This document shows positions 20,916 to 30,662 of a stretch of DNA of 64,000 nt, piece by piece. How positions within the stretch are numbered: position 1 is the first letter of the stretch; every line of letters starts with the position of its first letter. Made by a program: the position numbers and the translations under genes. The notes beneath the pieces are model-generated. The model had not been told where the DNA came from. It saw nothing but the letters and a program-made list of their open reading frames with translations, and did no database searches. The stretch is from a virus (taxonomy: Duplodnaviria; Caudoviricetes), in the IMG/VR virus record IMGVR_UViG_3300001528_000360, positions 32,001-96,000 of that record; one strand, given 5' to 3'.

Positions 20916-22835
20916 ATGCCTAGAACTGGTCAGATTATTCCCAGTTATTTAGTTCCTCATGTTATGACCGTTATTAATGATAATTCAACGTTTACCGAAA
21001 CTACTGCCGTTCAGTCTGAAGACGGTGTTCGCCTTTTATGCGTGTTTGCATCTTCCAAGGGCGAAGATGGTGTTGTTAAAGCTATCACTAGCGCTGCTGA
21101 TTATATTGAAGAGTATGGTACGCCCAACTTTAATCTTTATGGTCAGCCCTGCTTTATGCCTTATGCGGCTCTTAGCTCTGGCAATGCCAAGTGCTATTGC
21201 ATGAGAGTTATGCCTGATGATGCTGCTTATGCAAATATTATTGTGTCTGCCTATGCTAAGGTTGACGCTAATACCAATTCTCTTACGGTGAAGTTTGTTG
21301 CCAATCCTGTTGGTTCCATTCCTCACATGCCTGCTGATACTGATCCGCTTATTGATAAGGCGGCTATGTATCTTAAGCTTCAGAGTGTTGCTAAGCTTGG
21401 TGCTGAGACTACGGATGATGGCTTTAATGTTTATCCTCTGTTCGCTGTCAATTCTAAGGGTCGTGGTGCTTATGGTAATGGTTATCGTATTCGTTTAGTA
21501 TCTGATGCTTTACTGAATGCTGATAATGAATACATGAACTACATTTTTGAAGTTCTTGATAGTACCACTGGTACTATTGTCAAGAAGGAGCAGCATCGTG
21601 GTGGATTTAATCCTGATGCTGTTGTTGACAATGTCTCTCTGTTAATTGATGATGTTTCTTCTGATCCTGATAAAGGTAGTGAGAAGATTGATATCGTCAG
21701 CTATGCTGAGGGCTTCCAGGCTCTGTATGATGCATATTCTACTCTTGTTGAGACTGCTGGTAATACTGTTGTTGAGTATAATCAGTGTGATTTCTTCACT
21801 GGTCTTGCTAAGGATGGTACTGCATTAACTAATTATACTATTGATACTGCGGCTACTGATCATGTTGCTCTTGATGCTACTCTTGGTGTTGCTCTTGCTT
21901 CTGGTACTGATGCAGAGTTTGCTGCTGATTATGTCTCTACTAATGTTGGTGGTGTTTCTACTCCTACTCGTGAAGAGGCTATGGATGATCTTTACATCAA
22001 GGCTTTCAGTGGTGAGATTGATCCTGCTGTTAAGAGCAAGAGATGCACTCCTTGTGAGTTAATTCTCGACGCAAATTACTCTGAGAATGTTAAGCTTAAG
22101 CTTGCTGAGCTTGCTCTCTATCGTTATGATGCTCGTTGCGTGATTGATGCCGGTATTCTTTCTACTGTGACTGCTGCTACCGCTTGGGTGCAGAAGCCTC
22201 AGATCAAGGCTATTGCTGATTTCATCATCAGTAAGGAGTGCCAGCACTATAAGATCCGTGATCCGTTTACTGGTCGTGCAATTCCTGTTACTGCTACTTA
22301 TTTCATTGCTGAGAATCTTCCTACTCATTATAAGACTTTCGGTAATCATATTCCGTTTGTTGGTGAGGGTTATGCTCAGCTGTCTGGTCATATCCGTGGC
22401 TCTCTTAAGCCTATGATTGATGCTGATAACCTTGATATTAAGGAAGTTCTGTATACTAATCGTTGCAACTTCTTTGAGTGCATTTCTGAGGACAATAATG
22501 TCCGTGCGGTTCAGGGTACTTCCCAGATTGTTTGGTCTGATCTCTCCGAAGAGAATAATGTTGCTGTTGTTCTTGAGATGAAGAGAATGCTGGAAGAGTT
22601 TGTTGGTGCTCGTCTCTATAACTTTGCTGAGGCTGAAGATCGTGTTCGTTTCACCGAAGATGCTACCCGTATGTTCTCTGATTACAGAGGCACCAAGGTT
22701 CGTAGCTATGAGGTGTATTTCGATATGAACTCCTTCGAGGAAGAGAGAAGCATTCTCCACTGCTATCTGGCAGTTGTATTTAGAACTATGGCTAAGCGTG
22801 GTATCATTGAAATTGATATCAACAAGCGTGTTTAA
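20916..22835 (+). CDS. Contractile tail sheath protein
   Basis: 639 aa, high codon bias; EEYGTPNF..YGQP, KGRGAYGNGYRIRL, sheath-like C-terminus; followed by a tube-sized gene. Confidence 0.85.
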   Translation: MPRTGQIIPSYLVPHVMTVINDNSTFTETTAVQSEDGVRLLCVFASSKGEDGVVKAITSAADYIEEYGTPNFNLYGQPCFMPYAALSSGNAKCYCMRVMPDDAAYANIIVSAYAKVDANTNSLTVKFVANPVGSIPHMPADTDPLIDKAAMYLKLQSVAKLGAETTDDGFNVYPLFAVNSKGRGAYGNGYRIRLVSDALLNADNEYMNYIFEVLDSTTGTIVKKEQHRGGFNPDAVVDNVSLLIDDVSSDPDKGSEKIDIVSYAEGFQALYDAYSTLVETAGNTVVEYNQCDFFTGLAKDGTALTNYTIDTAATDHVALDATLGVALASGTDAEFAADYVSTNVGGVSTPTREEAMDDLYIKAFSGEIDPAVKSKRCTPCELILDANYSENVKLKLAELALYRYDARCVIDAGILSTVTAATAWVQKPQIKAIADFIISKECQHYKIRDPFTGRAIPVTATYFIAENLPTHYKTFGNHIPFVGEGYAQLSGHIRGSLKPMIDADNLDIKEVLYTNRCNFFECISEDNNVRAVQGTSQIVWSDLSEENNVAVVLEMKRMLEEFVGARLYNFAEAEDRVRFTEDATRMFSDYRGTKVRSYEVYFDMNSFEEERSILHCYLAVVFRTMAKRGIIEIDINKRV

Positions 22836-22860
22836 TAAGGAAGAAAGGAGAGTGTAAATA

Positions 22861-23709
22861 ATGGCTGCTAATAATGTTACTACTCAGACTTTACAGTCTA
22901 ATATTAAGAAATATAATAGTGATTTTATTACTAATTACTCGCTGTTTTTAGGTGGCTTGAATGCTACGCAGAAGTCCCTTGAACAGTATGATCCCCTTAA
23001 GACAGGTTATTCTCGAATTTTCTTCATTAAGATGCCTGTTTTTATGGAAAAGATTATGCCTGCTGAAACCAAGAGATTTAGACATCTCATGGAGTATGGC
23101 TTTACTCGTATTGATGGTCTTGGCAATACCACTCTTGAAACTGAACAGGTTATGGGTGGTTATGCCGGTCGTCAGTTTGATGTTGGTACCGTGGCTAAGG
23201 ATGATACGAATACCGTTACCCTGTCTATGTATGAATTCGCCGGTTCTCCGGTGAGAGAGTATCTGGATATGTGGATGTCTGGTATTTCTGATCCTTATAC
23301 TGGCTTAGGTCATTATCATGGTGCTATGGATGTTGACCCGTCCATTAAGTATTCTCAGGCTAACCATGTTGCTGAAGCTATCTATGTGGCTACTGATCCT
23401 ACTGGTCGTTCCAGCGGTATTGAGTATGCCTGCCTGCTTTCTAACATGGTTCCTAAGACTGTTAAGTATGATCAGTTCAACTATGAATCTGGTCAGCATC
23501 AGTTAGTTACGGTTGATTGTGACTTTACTGCTGTTAAGTATCAGTCTCCTCAGATCAATGCCATTGCTAAGGCTCTGATTGATAAGTTCCAGGTTATGCG
23601 TGATTATCTTGACTTTGATAGCAAGTATACTCAGGCTGATGTGGATGCTAAGATCAAGAATAGAATGGTGAATTGGCCTGACAAATATAATCAGAATACC
23701 GTAGATTAA
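22861..23709 (+). CDS. Tail tube protein
   Basis: 282 aa directly after the sheath, high codon bias; EFAGSPVR..WMSGISDP. Confidence 0.75.
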   Translation: MAANNVTTQTLQSNIKKYNSDFITNYSLFLGGLNATQKSLEQYDPLKTGYSRIFFIKMPVFMEKIMPAETKRFRHLMEYGFTRIDGLGNTTLETEQVMGGYAGRQFDVGTVAKDDTNTVTLSMYEFAGSPVREYLDMWMSGISDPYTGLGHYHGAMDVDPSIKYSQANHVAEAIYVATDPTGRSSGIEYACLLSNMVPKTVKYDQFNYESGQHQLVTVDCDFTAVKYQSPQINAIAKALIDKFQVMRDYLDFDSKYTQADVDAKIKNRMVNWPDKYNQNTVD

Positions 23710-23748
23710 CGAGTTTTTCTGATTACAGAAGAAAAAAATAATTATTAT

Positions 23749-23784
23749 TCCCCATACAGGATAATTCCTGTATGGGGATTTTTA
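23749..23784. terminator. Terminator after the tail operon
   Basis: tccccatacagga / tcctgtatgggga followed by a T-tract. Confidence 0.8.
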
Positions 23785-23792
23785 TTCAATTT

Positions 23793-24814
23793 TCAATCAA
23801 GATCTGCAGGATCTGCCCAAAAACCATATGGACACATGATATGTGTACATTCAATTTTGTCATCTTTAGGAATACCCATTTTGCATATATCTGTACATAC
23901 AAAATGAATTTCCTCAATTGAAAGATTGCCTTTCTTATACTCTTCTCGAATATTAATATTTGTTAAATCTTTCATTTTACTGAGCCTTCAGCAACTTATT
24001 CAACTGACGCTTAGCCTTCTTGATGAGCTTATCATTAATAACTTCACCCTTAGAAGTAAGCTTTGCAATACGATACTCGAAATGTTCCTTAGTTCTAAAA
24101 TTCATGATATATACCTCCTGAAATTTTTTATATAATTAACAAATATTTGTTAATTAATCATTTTTATCAGACTGATTTTCAAAAATATTCATAATATCAT
24201 CATAAACATTTTTTACAGTCTCTCCAACAATTTCCATGCGTTCATATGTAACATTCTGTGCAATAATCATTTTTTCAATTGTTTCTTTACTAGGGATAAA
24301 GATACTAAATAAAAAAGAAGTACATAATATAATTACAGATGTTTTAATTACTTTAATATATCCTTTTCTATTTAAGTTCTCATTATTTCCACAGCCAATA
24401 ATTATCCAACCGACAAATAAACCTATAGTACCTATACAAAATATAGGTATAATTAATGATAAAATATTTTTTATATTATTGCAAATATCAATTACATAAA
24501 AGATCCAAGGATTAATAATAGGAGTCATGAATATTTATTTCCTTTCTTTAATATAAATCTTCAGAATATAATTCTGTTTCATTTCTATCTTGTTTCATAT
24601 GTATTGCAGTTGCTGATAATTGACCACATTTTAGAGCATGCTCAAAAGCATCAATTCTATTGAGAAATACACATTCATTTGTAAGAAAACCTTGTTCAAT
24701 TCTGGTTAATCCAATATCAGGATTTAAAGATCTTACAGCAGCAAGACCATGTCCATGACGAATACAGCCAATTACTATTTCTTTATCTATACGAATAGCT
24801 GCACAAATAATCAT
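23793..24814 (-). CDS. Small accessory ORFs (23793..23975, 23977..24105, 24154..24528 membrane protein, 24548..24814)
   Basis: Consecutive ORFs, most with RBSs; 24154..24528 has TM helices. Confidence 0.6.
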
Positions 24815-24911
24815 ATAAGTAATTCCTTTCTTAAAAAATAAAAGTTATAGAGAGTATAACCAATTAAGGTTATACTCTCTATATAAATTCTCGATGTAAT
24901 CGAGAACTCCT

Positions 24912-24998
24912 TGGTAGGGGATATCAGATTTGAACTGATACGGTATTTCTACCGCGGGATTTTAAGTCCCGTGTGGCTGCCTGTTACACCAATCCCCC
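24912..24998 (-). tRNA. tRNA-Leu, anticodon UAA
   Basis: Acceptor stem GGGGGAT/ATCCCCT, anticodon arm CGGGA-CTTAAAA-TCCCG, long variable arm, T-loop TTCAAAT, encoded CCA. Confidence 0.93.
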
Positions 24999-25134
24999 AT
25001 ATCTAATAATATGTTAATAGTAAAATAATTTTTTATTATTTTACTATTTAATAATATATATCTATAAATAATTTTGATTTTATGAAAGTAAAAACCAGGA
25101 TAAGGATATTACTCCTTATCCTGGTCATAATATT

Positions 25135-26625
25135 TTATTTTACAGTAATCTTAGGTTTATTCTCATCAGTAAATGGCATATCATTAGCACCGCTATACAG
25201 ATAATATAACTGTAATTTATCAAAGTGTTTATTACCCTTTAATTCAATATTTACATTACTCATATTTGTAGTTTGTTTTCCATAAGGCTGGACTAATAAT
25301 AAACCTGCATACTCCGGAGTATTCGTACTGGTTTTATAATATGTATTATTTTCAATAATAATATTACATTTAGCATCACCTTTTGTACCAATACGAACAG
25401 CATTACAAGAATATTCAAAGATGTTATCATGGATATAAATATTAGCATTATCCTCAACATCGTAAATACAAATGATATTATTCTTACATACACTCTCTTC
25501 AAAATAGTTATTAGCAATCTCAGATCCATCTGCAAGCTTCTGATTATTCTCAAAGAGATTATAGTATGCAGAATCATTTTCAATGGTATTTTTACCAAAG
25601 TAGCAATTCTTTATTACAAGTTTAATAGGTTCAGTACCATTAATTAAACATCCATATGACTTCTTCTGATAAGGAGTTAAATCTTTAATGATACAATTTT
25701 CTAATGTTAATTCTTTTGAATCTTTTACAAGCTTAATATATGCATCAGTAGTAAGAGTAATACCCTTCATTTTAACAGATGCATCTTCAGCGATATTAAG
25801 ATTACCACTAAAGACAGTACCTGTATCTTTACCTTTAAACTTAGCTGAATTAACTTTTACATCAGGATTAGCACCGATAATGGAGACATCTTTTGTAATA
25901 CTTAAATCACTAGTAATATTACCGGAAGATAAATTTACAATACCGTCTTCATTTGTAGTTAATGCAGTATTCACATCATCTACATTCATTTCTGTAGATG
26001 TAATCTCTTTATTAACATTCTTTACTAATTTAATATCAATTTCTTTTACAATACCATCTTCAATAAACACAATTTTATTCGGATATAATGCTGAATTACA
26101 AGTGATTGCAGCTACTTTAACTTCTGATGTTTTATCAACACCATGTTCAAGATCAAGATAAGTAAATTCTTGATAAATGCTACCCTCATGAATATCAAAT
26201 ACATTAGTAGTTGTATCTGAGAGTTCAACCTCAAAATGAACACCATACTTTAATTTATAAGACATTCTCTTAACTTCATCACCATTAGGGATAAATTCAA
26301 TAATTTCATTTGCAGGAACATTTACTACTTTAGAATTATACTCTTTAGAGCAATCAATATTGATAGAAGATGCAGTAACATCTTCAGAAAAATAGCTCTT
26401 AGCATTATCAACTGAATTATAACGATGCTCAATTGTTTTCTTCTTATAATTGATTTTTGCTAATCTACCGGTAATAGTTTCAATGTCATTATTCAAAACA
26501 TATCGAAGATTCTCAATAAGATCTCCTTCTTTGAAGATATTATTTGAAACTTTCCCATTAGCATAATTTGTACTAATTACAAAATCAACAATAGGGGTTA
26601 AACGTGTCTCAATAATTCTTACCAT
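25135..26625 (-). CDS. Protein with C-terminal right-handed beta-helix (pectin-lyase-like) domain
   Basis: Repeated I.N..F / IENNTY / IHDNIF beta-helix rungs. Confidence 0.65.
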   Translation of the reverse strand: MVRIIETRLTPIVDFVISTNYANGKVSNNIFKEGDLIENLRYVLNNDIETITGRLAKINYKKKTIEHRYNSVDNAKSYFSEDVTASSINIDCSKEYNSKVVNVPANEIIEFIPNGDEVKRMSYKLKYGVHFEVELSDTTTNVFDIHEGSIYQEFTYLDLEHGVDKTSEVKVAAITCNSALYPNKIVFIEDGIVKEIDIKLVKNVNKEITSTEMNVDDVNTALTTNEDGIVNLSSGNITSDLSITKDVSIIGANPDVKVNSAKFKGKDTGTVFSGNLNIAEDASVKMKGITLTTDAYIKLVKDSKELTLENCIIKDLTPYQKKSYGCLINGTEPIKLVIKNCYFGKNTIENDSAYYNLFENNQKLADGSEIANNYFEESVCKNNIICIYDVEDNANIYIHDNIFEYSCNAVRIGTKGDAKCNIIIENNTYYKTSTNTPEYAGLLLVQPYGKQTTNMSNVNIELKGNKHFDKLQLYYLYSGANDMPFTDENKPKITVK

Positions 26626-26706
26626 GTGTTCATCATCCTTTCTATTGTTTTATTATCTATATGTACTATAAAAAAATAAAGGGGAGAAATATTTCTCCCC
26701 TTTATA

Positions 26707-27210
26707 TCACCAGATAAATTCAGGATGCTCTTTCATAAAAGGCATAATAATCTCATCAATAGCACGTTGAGCAATTTCAGAAGAATCGAACCAAGTGCAT
26801 CCATACTTAGTCCACCTGTAGTCTAAAATTTGAAATTTATGATTAACTGTTGGATCATGAATAATATAATAATGATATTCACAGGAATCCCAATTCATTG
26901 TACCGCCATTAATCATTCTAAAACGCCAAAGAAGACGATCAAGAATTTCATGAAGAGCTCTCTGTTTCATTAGTTCTTTATTGGTACAATAATTACCAAC
27001 ATTATAGCATTCTTTTTCTTCTCTACATGATGAATGTGCACGTGTTACAACTTCACCATTTGATACAATGGAATAATATATCTTATTATCTGGTGAATAT
27101 TCAAATGGGTTAGGTTTAGTTTCAACAGTTACCTTTTTATAAATTTCATTATATTGAATATCCGTTAATTCAATTTTTTGTCCGTCATCGAAAGTAATAA
27201 AATGATTCAT
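26707..27210 (-). CDS. Hypothetical phage protein
   Basis: GGAGGAG RBS; 167 aa. Confidence 0.7.
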   Translation of the reverse strand: MNHFITFDDGQKIELTDIQYNEIYKKVTVETKPNPFEYSPDNKIYYSIVSNGEVVTRAHSSCREEKECYNVGNYCTNKELMKQRALHEILDRLLWRFRMINGGTMNWDSCEYHYYIIHDPTVNHKFQILDYRWTKYGCTWFDSSEIAQRAIDEIIMPFMKEHPEFIW

Positions 27211-27656
27211 TTATTCTCCTCCAATTTATTTGTTTCATCTGGTTCATATGTAAATGCATAAAATGGAAGTTGTATTGCACCTGTAGGTGTCAGAGAGGTA
27301 AATTGCATAATATATGGACGTAAATATCCAAGAAGTAATGCAGGACCATTTAACTGGAAGAAACAATCTAAAGTCTTCTTGTCACAATCATCCTCCCAAG
27401 TGAAATCTGCTCCAACTTCAGCACATAGATGATAAGGATAGAAATCAGACACCCCTCCAATATCAACACCAAACATCAGAAATGCAGTATTTGGTTTATC
27501 TTCATAATATTTAGGTTTAGTTAACATAAATTTTACGTGTAATTCTTTACCATACTTTTCAAAGATATTTTTATTAAAAATCTCATTAATTTTGAAATCC
27601 ATTCGATAAATTTTAGGATCCTTATAAAAGAATTTACTATTTGTAATCTGTAACAT
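27207..27656 (-). CDS. SecB-like chaperone
   Basis: 149 aa; LCAEVGADFTW then LNGPALLLGYLRPYIMQFTS...IQLP, matching the SecB C-terminal helix pattern. Confidence 0.6.
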   Translation of the reverse strand: MLQITNSKFFYKDPKIYRMDFKINEIFNKNIFEKYGKELHVKFMLTKPKYYEDKPNTAFLMFGVDIGGVSDFYPYHLCAEVGADFTWEDDCDKKTLDCFFQLNGPALLLGYLRPYIMQFTSLTPTGAIQLPFYAFTYEPDETNKLEENK

Positions 27657-27674
27657 AATGTAATTCTCCTTAAA

Positions 27675-28076
27675 TTATTTTCGTATACGAAGCATTTTTA
27701 ACATCATTTCATTTGTAACTGGATCATAATTATTTTCAATAATTTTGAAACCGCAGTTAGTATAAATTTTAAGAGCAGGAATATTAGATGGACTGCAATA
27801 TAACCATAAGAATGGCTTTTTACTCCTTTTAATGATTAAATCCATCATCTTTTTTCAATATCCTTTATTACGAAACTGCTCAAAAATTGTTACACCATAT
27901 ACATACGTACCATTAGAATATGTTTCATACCCTTTTGGTAAATATATATGATCATAATCAAATCCGATATAAGCTACACCAATTTTAGTATCATCTTTGA
28001 AAAATTCATAATATCTTTCAGTGCCTTGTTTTTCTAATAATAGAATTTCCATTATAATTTTCCTTATTATTTCCAA
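27675..28076 (-). pseudogene. GNAT acetyltransferase with an in-frame TGA
   Basis: FRNKGY*KKMM (motif A, TGA at 27855-27857); frame continues as LWLYCSPSNIPALKIYTNCGF to TAA at 27675. Confidence 0.75.
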
Positions 28077-29473
28077 TCATCTTTATAATTGGAGTTAGGA
28101 AATAGTGTAGTACACTGTTCTTTAAGTTCTTCTTTTACAGAAGATAACATATCCATGATCTTATCACAACGTTCAATAAGAAGTCGTTCAGCAGCTGTGT
28201 CAACACTTGCATTGTAGACTTCAATAAGCCTATCAATAAAATTCTGAAAATTAAGTTCAACACCATCAATGGTAAGAATAATGTCATGCTCTTCACCATG
28301 AGAGTAATCTAATTTACCAGCAATGTTATCAATATCTTTTCCAATAGCTTCACAGAGAGCCCACATAACAACCTCATTATTTCTGATATTAATTTTCATT
28401 TTTTAAAAATCACCATATTCCTTTCATCTTTTATTATTTAAATTAAAAAATTTCCATGGTCTATAGTTTCTTTTTTCTGTATTCTTTTTAACTCTTACAC
28501 AGAGTTCATTGTCATAGAAACCGAAAGAAACAACTTCCATGTTAAACAACTCATCATAATCCTTTACAAGATATAATTTCGGTATACAATCTATAATATC
28601 TACAGTTTTTGCACTGACAATTCTAAAAAGATCGTCATCAGTGATGGTGGTATCTCCATTTAAATTATCAAAAAGATTCAAGAAATCATGTAATTTCATT
28701 ATGTATTTCCTTCCTGATTCAATAAGTAATTTTCTGCTTTAGTACGTATGATATTGCCATGGTTAATATTATAGTCATAGAGTTCTTTTTGATATGCTTC
28801 CCAGACTTCTTTATCCTCTTCTGGAACTTTCCAATATTCTCCTCTTGGACATCTTCCACACCACATGCAACTATATCCATCACATACCTGTGAAAATTGA
28901 GGCATTGGAGAAGGAGGATATAATTTACTCCATTTTTCTTTTAATGGATTCTCAGGATAATCAACCATAGATGTGCCATCATTATTTAAAATTTCATTTA
29001 TTACATACATAATTATTATCTCCTTTTCTTACTTGTTATACACGCTCAGCTTTGAACGTTTCAACATAGATGCCATAATCAGCAGTTTTTTCTTCAAACT
29101 GTCTTGCTTCTTCAAGAGTATTAAACGATCTAACTTCACTAACGAAATCAGGTTCACCTTCCTGAGCTTCTCCAGCTACCCAAACAATAGAAAGATACAT
29201 AAAATATTTCCTTTCTTAATTTCTTATTTCATTTAACCAGTCATATACAGCTTTAATTTCATCTTCAGTTTCAACTCGAAAAGTTTTTCCTTCAGAGAAT
29301 CCAGGACAATCTCTAAAAGTAATTTGCCAGATATCTCCAAATCTGGTATCTAAACAAAAATCTACATACTTAGGACACTTATGCTTTTTTTCACATCCAT
29401 TTTCATATAGATTTTGCCAACTATTATTTTCCATGATATGCTTTAGTAATTCGATCAACTGTTCATAATTCAT
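28067..29473 (-). CDS. Small accessory ORFs (28067..28399, 28424..28699, 28699..29010, 29216..29473)
   Basis: Packed ORFs downstream of the early-promoter motif at 29518-29527. Confidence 0.6.
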
Positions 29474-29608
29474 AATTTATTATTCCTTTCATAATAAATA
29501 TTATATTTATTTATATAATAATATATATTTATAATTTTGATTAATACTATTAAAAAAAATATACAAGTAATGAAGAGATTATCTTCATTACTTGTATATT
29601 ATAATTAT

Positions 29609-30139
29609 TTACTTTTTATCGGTAGATCCAAATCCACCATCTCGTTTTTCTGTACAATCATCACTGTACGTAATACCAAAAGGAATAAAAATACCTTGAG
29701 CAAAACTTTCACCAGCATTAATACTGATAATCTTATTACCTGTATTAACCAACTTCAAAAAAATATGACCTTCATTACTACTATTATAATAATCAGCATC
29801 AATTACTCCCATAGTATTTGCTAATTTAACATGATACTTAAATCCAAGACCACTTCTAGGTAAGCAACCTAAGAACCAACCATCAGCAATCTTAACTCTA
29901 ATTCCTGTAGGAATCTTTAAAGAATCGCCAGGATAAATAGTAATAGCCATCGGAGCTTTAAAATCATATCCAGCAGATCCTGCAGTTGCTCTCTTAGGAA
30001 GTTGAATATTATCATAAATATTTTTAATTTCTTCATCACCATATTGAGCAATCATATCAGGACCAATATGAATTTCTCGATCAAAATCATTTAAAAACTG
30101 CTCATAACTAACTTTTTTAAATTCTCCTACTCTACTCAT
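29609..30139 (-). CDS. dut: Trimeric dUTPase
   Basis: All five motifs: AGYDF, PRSGLG, GVIDADY, AQGIF, RDGGFGST. Confidence 0.93.
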   Translation of the reverse strand: MSRVGEFKKVSYEQFLNDFDREIHIGPDMIAQYGDEEIKNIYDNIQLPKRATAGSAGYDFKAPMAITIYPGDSLKIPTGIRVKIADGWFLGCLPRSGLGFKYHVKLANTMGVIDADYYNSSNEGHIFLKLVNTGNKIISINAGESFAQGIFIPFGITYSDDCTEKRDGGFGSTDKK

Positions 30140-30154
30140 AAATCTTTCTCCTTT

Positions 30155-30655
30155 TTAATGTAAAATAACTTTTTTCTCTTTTAATGATTTCTGTACGTCG
30201 ATAACTCTCTGATTTGTAGAACCACACCAAGGATAATTTACATCCTTTAATGATTCAACGAATAGTCCATCGACCAAAACATCTGATAACTTAACAGCTT
30301 CGATATCTTTAACTTCGTCCCAATTATATCCTGTATAAATCCAGATAGTTTTATTCTGAGATTTAATAATATCAGATAAATTCTTAATAATATTTGTAAT
30401 ATTATCTCTATTTGCAGGATGTAAAGGATCACCACCAGAAAAAGTAATTCCAGAAATATAAGGCTTTGATAATTCTTCTCGAAGTTCATTCATAGCAGAT
30501 TCATCAAATTCAATTCCAGAATTAACATCATGTGTCTGAGGATTCTGACAATTAGGACAATTATGATTACATCCAGAAACAAATAAAACTACACGGAGTC
30601 CATCTCCATTTAACATATCATCAGATTGAATATTATGATAATTCATAGTTTTCAA
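30155..30655 (-). CDS. nrdG: Anaerobic ribonucleotide reductase activating protein
   Basis: NGDGLRVVLFVSGCNHNCPNCQN radical-SAM motif, GGDPL, WCGSTNQR. Confidence 0.95.
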   Translation of the reverse strand: MKTMNYHNIQSDDMLNGDGLRVVLFVSGCNHNCPNCQNPQTHDVNSGIEFDESAMNELREELSKPYISGITFSGGDPLHPANRDNITNIIKNLSDIIKSQNKTIWIYTGYNWDEVKDIEAVKLSDVLVDGLFVESLKDVNYPWCGSTNQRVIDVQKSLKEKKVILH

Positions 30656-30662
30656 CCTCCTT

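Noticed and set aside
27855-27857. Genome-wide TGA recoding
   Set aside because: Only one case; other genes end normally at TGA and long genes are intact in code 11
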